Origin: Polyangiales bacterium
Lineage (GTDB): Bacteria > Myxococcota_A > Polyangia > Polyangiales > Polyangiaceae
Direction of reading: 5' to 3'
Length of the DNA: 64,000 nt
Assembly: GCA_038231275.1 (NCBI GenBank)
Contig: JBBRLQ010000035.1
Span: 1-64,000 of the forward strand
Made by a program: the position numbers and the translations under genes. This document shows, piece by piece, positions 58,399-64,000 of this stretch (its first letter is position 1; each line of letters starts with the position of its first letter). Below the pieces are notes generated by a model. It had not been told where the DNA came from. It did not search any database and saw only the letters and a list, made by a program, of their open reading frames with translations.

Positions 58399-59678
58399 GC
58401 GTCGCCTCGCCCCATGACGACGTGCTCCACGCCCGCGAGCCGCGTCTTCTCGGTGACGCCGACCCCGTCGATGACGAGAGGGCGTCGCATCGTGCGGAGC
58501 GCGGCGAGGTCCGGCTTCGCGAACACGTCCCAGTCGGTCATGACGAGGAGCGCATCGGCGCCGGCCAGCGCTTCATCGCGCGACGCGGCGAGCGTGAGCC
58601 CGCCTTCTTCTGGGACACGCACGATCGGATCGTACGCGCGAACGGTCGCGCGCCCGCGAAGCTCGCCGAGGACCTTCAGGGACATCGAGTTCTTCGTCGA
58701 GTCAGTGTCCTTCTTGTACGCGAGCCCCCACACCGCGAGGACCGGCGCCTTGGTGCGCGCGAAGACGAGCGCGTCGAGCTTGCGCCGAACCCACGCGTAG
58801 CGTCGCGCGTTGTAGTCGAGGAGCGTCTCGATGAACGCGACGTCGACCGCGCGCGCCGCCCCGAGCTCTTTCAACGTCACCATGTCGCGCTCGAGGTTGC
58901 CGCCGGCGATTCCCAGGCCCGGCCGAATGTACGCGGACCGTCCGATGCGTGCGTCCTCGCGAAGCGCGGGGACCATCTCGCCCCAATCGGCGCCGACGCC
59001 CTCGCAGAGATCGGAGAGCGTGTTCGCGTACGTGACTGCGGCGCACAGGTAGAGGTTGATCGCCGTCTTGGTGAGCTCGGCGCTCTCATAGCGCATCGGA
59101 AAGAGCGGGCAGCCGAAGCGACGCAGGCCTTCTTCGAGCCGCGGAGGCAGGGGCGACGTGGGATCGGCGCAGCCGAGGATGATCCTCTCCGGCTTCAGGA
59201 AACGGTCGAGCGCGCGGCCGAAGATGAGCGTCTCCACCCAGTAAATCACGGTAATTTTGGCGGCCGGACGCGCCGCGGCGACCTTCTCGGCGAGCGCGCG
59301 CATGAATCCTGGTGACACTTGGCTCATCACGGCGAGCGTCGCGCCCGCGGCGAGGTGCGGAATCGTCCGCTCGAGGAGCTCGTGCACGACACTGGGATCG
59401 CTGACGCCATTCTCGTCGGTGGGGACGTCGCGCGAGAGGACCACGAGCGAGGCTTCGGCGACACGCGCGAGATCCGTCGTGAACGTCATCCGCGCGCGCG
59501 ACGCCGTGAGGAGCTCGGCCAGCCCCGGCTCGTGCAGCGGCGCCTCCGCGCGCGAGAGCTTGGCGATTCGCTGGGCGTCGGGATCGATCCCGATGACCTC
59601 GCTGCCCATGCTCGCCCAGCCCACGCTCGACACGAGGCCGAGGTGCGACAAGCCCACGAACGCCGTGCGGCCGGTCAC
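58386..59678 (-). CDS. Atypical UDP-glucose/GDP-mannose dehydrogenase family protein
   Basis: GLSHLG, EPGL, SAELTK..N, D.RIG, GLAYKKDTD, YDP. The usual GG.C motif reads AGGN. Confidence 0.88.
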   Translation of the reverse strand: MTGRTAFVGLSHLGLVSSVGWASMGSEVIGIDPDAQRIAKLSRAEAPLHEPGLAELLTASRARMTFTTDLARVAEASLVVLSRDVPTDENGVSDPSVVHELLERTIPHLAAGATLAVMSQVSPGFMRALAEKVAAARPAAKITVIYWVETLIFGRALDRFLKPERIILGCADPTSPLPPRLEEGLRRFGCPLFPMRYESAELTKTAINLYLCAAVTYANTLSDLCEGVGADWGEMVPALREDARIGRSAYIRPGLGIAGGNLERDMVTLKELGAARAVDVAFIETLLDYNARRYAWVRRKLDALVFARTKAPVLAVWGLAYKKDTDSTKNSMSLKVLGELRGRATVRAYDPIVRVPEEGGLTLAASRDEALAGADALLVMTDWDVFAKPDLAALRTMRRPLVIDGVGVTEKTRLAGVEHVVMGRGDACAK

Positions 59679-60592
59679 GCCGGCCCCTCGAGTGTCGCCT
59701 TCGCCGCGTTCATGATGACGCGCGACACCCACGCGTCGTTCGCGCCGCTCGTCTTCTTCGCGCGGGCTTGCTCCTCGAAGTGCGCGAGGTCCAGGGTCCA
59801 CGTCGGATCGGGGCCGGTCGCGATCTCCCGGATTTCCTCGGGCGCGCCGCTCGGCAAGGTTCGCTTCCAGAAGAGGAGCTCGCTCTTGCCCCACTTGGTG
59901 AGACCATCCATGAGGAGCGCGCCCTTCTCGCCGACGACCTCGATCTGCCAGCGGTTCTTATAGGAGAGGAAGCTCACCTCGATCGTGAGCGTGCGATCCT
60001 CCGAGGCGAGCATCGCGTGATCGATGCCCTGCAGCTCGTAGCCTCGCCGCTGCCAGACGCGAAACTCTTGCCCGCCCTTGCCGAACACGAAGCCGGCGAG
60101 ATCGACGAGGTGGCTCGCGAGATCTTCGAGCACGCCGTACGTGCTGTCGCGCCAAGTGCCGAGGTGATCGCGCGCGGTGCCGTTCCCGTAGAACATGCGC
60201 ACGCGGTAAATGGCGCCGAGCGCGCCGGCGTCGAGGTGGCGCTTGAGCGCGACGACGTTCGGCTCGAAGTGGAAGTTGTACGACGTGTACCAAACGGCGC
60301 CGTGCGACGCGGCGCGCGCAGACAGATCCTGCACTTCGGCGGCGTCGAGGAGGAACGGCTTCTCGACGAGCGCGTGCTTGCCGCGATCGAGGAGCCAGCG
60401 CACCTGACCGAGCTTCACCGGGTTCGGCACCGCGAGGACCGCCGCGTCGAAGGTGCTCGGGTCGCAGTCCTCGAGGGCTTTGTGGTCGGCGGCGGGGTTG
60501 ACGGGATCGACCGTCGCGACGCATCGAGCCCCAAGCGCCGCCTTCCTTTTGCCGCCGATGTTGCCGAGGCCGACGACGACGTACCGCATCAT
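59675..60592 (-). CDS. Gfo/Idh/MocA family oxidoreductase
   Basis: VGLGNIG, HALVEKP, GVLEDLASHLVD. Confidence 0.9.
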   Translation of the reverse strand: MMRYVVVGLGNIGGKRKAALGARCVATVDPVNPAADHKALEDCDPSTFDAAVLAVPNPVKLGQVRWLLDRGKHALVEKPFLLDAAEVQDLSARAASHGAVWYTSYNFHFEPNVVALKRHLDAGALGAIYRVRMFYGNGTARDHLGTWRDSTYGVLEDLASHLVDLAGFVFGKGGQEFRVWQRRGYELQGIDHAMLASEDRTLTIEVSFLSYKNRWQIEVVGEKGALLMDGLTKWGKSELLFWKRTLPSGAPEEIREIATGPDPTWTLDLAHFEEQARAKKTSGANDAWVSRVIMNAAKATLEGPA

Positions 60593-62124
60593 CGGAAGTT
60601 CATCCGCTCCTCGATCGACTTGAGCTTCGCCTCGACGTCCTCCGGACTCACCGGCTGGTTGCCCTGCCGCTCGCACGCGACGGCAGCCGCGACGGCGCCG
60701 AGGATCGCGGCGATGCAGATGTCGCCGGTGACCGCCAGCGCGAGCGACGCGTACGCGAGCAGCGCGTCGCCGGCGCCGATCGGATCGCTGAGGCGATCGA
60801 CGACGGTGTCCACGGTGAAGAACTCGCGCGGCTCGAAGCCCGCGGTGCGGTAGCCGAGGAGCCCGCGCTCGCCCATCTTCAAGATGAGGTGCTTCGAGCG
60901 CGCCTTCTTCATGAGCTCGAGGGCGAGCGGCCGCACCACCGAGTCCTGATCGCCGAGCGCGAAGCGGGCCTCGCGCTCGTTGGGCGTGAGGAGATCGAAA
61001 TCCGTGAACTCGAGGATGTTGCCCCAGCGATTCGACACCTGGCTGTCGGCGACCTTGATCGCCTTCGTGGGAATCGCGTCCTTGAGCCGCCCAATCGTGT
61101 CGCGGTTGAAGATGCCGTGCCGGAAATCGCTGAAGATCACGATGTCAGCGTCCGTCGACGTGAGGCGGTCGAGGAGGTAACCCATCACCTTCTCGCTGAT
61201 GCGCCGGTTGTCGACGCGATCGACCTGCAGCATCTTGTGCCCGTCGGCGATGAAGCGCTCTTTGTGCGTCGTGGGGCGCGAGCGATCGACGAACGGCTGG
61301 CACTCGACGCCCGCGTCGGCCAGGTCCTTGAGGACGAACTCGGAGAGCGCGTCCTCGCCGAGCACGGTGGTGAACGACACGTCGGCGCCCGCAGCCTTCA
61401 CGTGGCGCGCGACGACCGCGGCGCCGCCCGTGAAGCGCTCGGTGTGGTCGTGCTTCACGCTGAACGTCGGGCTCTTGGCCGTCGCGCCGAGGAGCGAGCA
61501 GTAGCTGTAGCTGTCCACGATCGTGTCGCCCACGACGTGCACCTTCATTTTCCAGGCTTTTCGCACCGGCTCGCGCAGCTTGTCGAAGGTGACGCCCTCC
61601 GACTCCATGAGCGAGGCGAGCTTGGTGACGCCGAGCGACGGGCGGTGCGCCTCGATGAGCGCGGACGACGAGTAGACGACGTCGCCAGGCGTGAAGACGA
61701 TCTCGCCCCCGTACCCCTCCAGCGTGTCCATCTCTTCGCGCGTCCGCGGAGGCACGCCGTCTGCGAAGTATTCGTAGCCCTTCGCGTAGTAGTCGGGCTG
61801 AAGGCGCTTGATGTGCTCGATCGGCGTCGCGTGCGGGTCGATGATGACGTAGTCGACGAACTCGAGCGCCGCGAGGTTCTGCGCGCGGAGATCTTGCGGC
61901 ACGTATGGCCGCATCGTGCCCTTCGTGGCGTGGATGTCGGCGGTGAGGCTCGCGATGAGAATGTCGGCCTTCTCCTTCGCGTACATCAAGTGCCGGAGGT
62001 GGCCGGGGTGCACGATGTCGAACATCCCGTGGCACATGATGACCGAGCGCGTGCGCGGACGCGGGCCGATCGCCGCGGCGAGCTCCTCGAGCTTCTTCAC
62101 CTTCTTCGAGAAATCAGGCTTCAT
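60589..62124 (-). CDS. Bifunctional nucleotidyltransferase + PfkB sugar kinase (HldE-like, reversed domain order)
   Basis: N-terminal GMFDIVHPGH and KGYEY; C-terminal TPNERE and DPIGAGD. Confidence 0.9.
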   Translation of the reverse strand: MKPDFSKKVKKLEELAAAIGPRPRTRSVIMCHGMFDIVHPGHLRHLMYAKEKADILIASLTADIHATKGTMRPYVPQDLRAQNLAALEFVDYVIIDPHATPIEHIKRLQPDYYAKGYEYFADGVPPRTREEMDTLEGYGGEIVFTPGDVVYSSSALIEAHRPSLGVTKLASLMESEGVTFDKLREPVRKAWKMKVHVVGDTIVDSYSYCSLLGATAKSPTFSVKHDHTERFTGGAAVVARHVKAAGADVSFTTVLGEDALSEFVLKDLADAGVECQPFVDRSRPTTHKERFIADGHKMLQVDRVDNRRISEKVMGYLLDRLTSTDADIVIFSDFRHGIFNRDTIGRLKDAIPTKAIKVADSQVSNRWGNILEFTDFDLLTPNEREARFALGDQDSVVRPLALELMKKARSKHLILKMGERGLLGYRTAGFEPREFFTVDTVVDRLSDPIGAGDALLAYASLALAVTGDICIAAILGAVAAAVACERQGNQPVSPEDVEAKLKSIEERMNFR

Positions 62125-63104
62125 TTCATGAACTCGAACCACGCGCGCGTGGCTTCCTGGATGCGGTCGGGCGTCCACACCGGCGCCGATTTCCACGCGT
62201 CGATCTCGGCCAGCATCGCCGCGACGCCGTTCTCGAACCGCACCGTCGGCGACCACCCGAGCGCCGCGATCCGCGTCGTGTCGGCCCACGTCGTGTCGGG
62301 CTCGCCGGGCCGCTTGGGGACGTACACGACCTCGCCGCCGATCAGCTCGATGAGGCGGTTCACGGTCTGCGGATCGTTCGACCCGAGGTTGTAGACCGCG
62401 CCGCTCGGGGATTTCTCCGCTGCGAGAAGGAACGCCTCCGCGACGTCGGTGACGAAGACGAAGTCGCGCCGCTGGGTCCCGTCGCCGACGACCGTGAAGG
62501 GCTTGCCGTTCACCTTCTGCGCGAGAAAAACTCCGAAGACCGCGCCGTACGCGCCGGTCGTGCGGACGCGCGGACCGTAGACGTTGAACATGCGAATGGA
62601 CGCGACCGGGAGCTTGTAGACCTTCCCCCAGTGCAGCGCCGCCATCTCGCCCATGTACTTGCTGAGCGCGTACGGATACTCGGGCCGGATCGGCGCGCCC
62701 TCGGTCGTCGGCAACTCGGTCGCCACGCCGTAACAAGAGGAGGAGGCGGCATAGACGAACTTTTCGACGCCCGCGCGGCGCGACGCTTCGAGGACGGCGA
62801 GGGTGCCGTCGACGTTCGCGCGCATGTAGGCGATCGGCTTCTCGATGGAGGGGACGATGTCGCCGATGCCGCCGAAGTGGAAGACGTACTTCGCCTCCTT
62901 GAAGATGTCCGTATCCGCCGGGAGATCGCACATGTCGATCTCGTAGAGGACGACGCGCCGATCGCCTGCGTAGTGCGCGAGGTTCTCGCGGCGGCCGGTG
63001 ATCAGGTTGTCGACCACGCCGACCTCGAACCCGCGGGCGACGAGCAGGTCGACCATGTGGCTGCCGATGAAGCCTGCCCCGCCGGTGACGATCGCGCGGG
63101 GCAT
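62121..63104 (-). CDS. NAD-dependent epimerase/dehydratase (extended SDR)
   Basis: TGGAGFIG, ASSSCYG, YALSK, FNVYGP, RDFV. Confidence 0.93.
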   Translation of the reverse strand: MPRAIVTGGAGFIGSHMVDLLVARGFEVGVVDNLITGRRENLAHYAGDRRVVLYEIDMCDLPADTDIFKEAKYVFHFGGIGDIVPSIEKPIAYMRANVDGTLAVLEASRRAGVEKFVYAASSSCYGVATELPTTEGAPIRPEYPYALSKYMGEMAALHWGKVYKLPVASIRMFNVYGPRVRTTGAYGAVFGVFLAQKVNGKPFTVVGDGTQRRDFVFVTDVAEAFLLAAEKSPSGAVYNLGSNDPQTVNRLIELIGGEVVYVPKRPGEPDTTWADTTRIAALGWSPTVRFENGVAAMLAEIDAWKSAPVWTPDRIQEATRAWFEFMK

Positions 63105-63106
63105 CG

Positions 63107-64000
63107 TCAGCCGATCCCGCGGGCTTGGATCGCCTTCACGTTGAAGTAGCGCACGTCGGTGAGCGAGCCGGGCAAGCGCCCCGCCTTGAACGCGTGGCAC
63201 ATGCCGACGACCGCGTCCTCGATCGTCCGCTTCGGCGCCCAGCCGAGCTCTCGCCGGATCTTCTCGCTCGACACGTGGTACGAGCGCAAATCGTTGGACG
63301 GCACCGTCTCGAGGGTGATGGCGCCTCGCTCCGGCATCTCGCGCGTCACGACGTCCTTCACCATCGCGCCGAGCTGCGCGACCGTGTGGTTCTCGTAGCC
63401 GGCGTTGAACGTCTTCCCGGCGATCTTCTCCTTCGGCATCGTCATGAGCTCGACGTAGAGATCGGAGATGTCCTCGACGTGGATGTTCGGCCGCTTCTGC
63501 GCGCCGCCGAAGATCGTGATTTTGCCGTTGTTCACGGCCAAATTCGTGAGGATGTTCACGGTGAGGTCGAGGCGCATGCGCGGCGAGTAGCCGCACACGG
63601 TGGCGGGGCGGATGATGACCGTCGTGAAGTCGTCGCTCTGGTAGCGAAGGAGGATCGGCTCGCACATCCCCTTGAACTTGTTGTAGTCGGTGAGCGGCAC
63701 GAGGGGATGGTCCTCGGTGACCTCCGGCGCGTCGCTGACGCCGTACACGCTCGACGTCGAGGCGTAGACGAAGCGCTTCACGCCGGCCTCTTTCGAGATG
63801 CGGACCAGCGGCTCGAAGGCGTCGTAGTTGATCGACTTCGAGAGCTCGGGGTTCAGCTCGAAGCTCGGATCGTTCGACACGCACGCGAGGTGGATGACGA
63901 CGTCGACGCCGCGCAGCGCCGTGGCGAGCACTGCGGCGTCGCGCAGATCACCCTTCGTCTCTTCGAGGTTCGGGTTGCCCTTCGGCAACACGTCGTCGCC
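63107..64000 (-). CDS. NAD-dependent epimerase/dehydratase, 5' end outside the window
   Basis: HLACVSNDPS, STSSVYG, YNKFK, R.ATVCGYSPRMRLDL.VN, RPNIH. Confidence 0.9.
   Translation of the reverse strand, partial: GDDVLPKGNPNLEETKGDLRDAAVLATALRGVDVVIHLACVSNDPSFELNPELSKSINYDAFEPLVRISKEAGVKRFVYASTSSVYGVSDAPEVTEDHPLVPLTDYNKFKGMCEPILLRYQSDDFTTVIIRPATVCGYSPRMRLDLTVNILTNLAVNNGKITIFGGAQKRPNIHVEDISDLYVELMTMPKEKIAGKTFNAGYENHTVAQLGAMVKDVVTREMPERGAITLETVPSNDLRSYHVSSEKIRRELGWAPKRTIEDAVVGMCHAFKAGRLPGSLTDVRYFNVKAIQARGIG

Overview
A GC-rich, gene-dense bacterial chromosome segment. The gene content points to Myxococcota, probably Polyangiales: Ser/Thr kinases with PEGA domains, FHA-sigma54 activators, a MYXO-CTERM-like tail and many lipoproteins. 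The window opens with the tRNA-Thr/Tyr/Gly/Thr-tuf operon. It then has about 45 accessory and housekeeping genes, including a natural Rieske-P450 fusion, two kinase/TPR-PEGA/FHA-sigma54 signalling modules, a CxxCH-lipoprotein plus Tat-protein operon, tandem double-SnoaL lipoproteins, an endolysin-like lipoprotein, trmB, cysQ and folK. It ends in a tightly coupled minus-strand nucleotide-sugar cluster (53.5-64 kb). The best candidate for a new system is that cluster. It pairs a UDP-glucose-dehydrogenase homolog lacking the catalytic Cys with an orphan ThDP E1alpha/beta pair, two DegT aminotransferases and a domain-inverted HldE-like protein, which suggests a chain-extended or branched amino-sugar pathway. 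Separately, many genes have a TAnnnT hexamer 6-8 nt before the start codon, suggesting widespread leaderless transcription. No mobile element or CRISPR array was found. All family calls come from manual motif reading, not database searches, and several start codons were revised relative to the ORF track.
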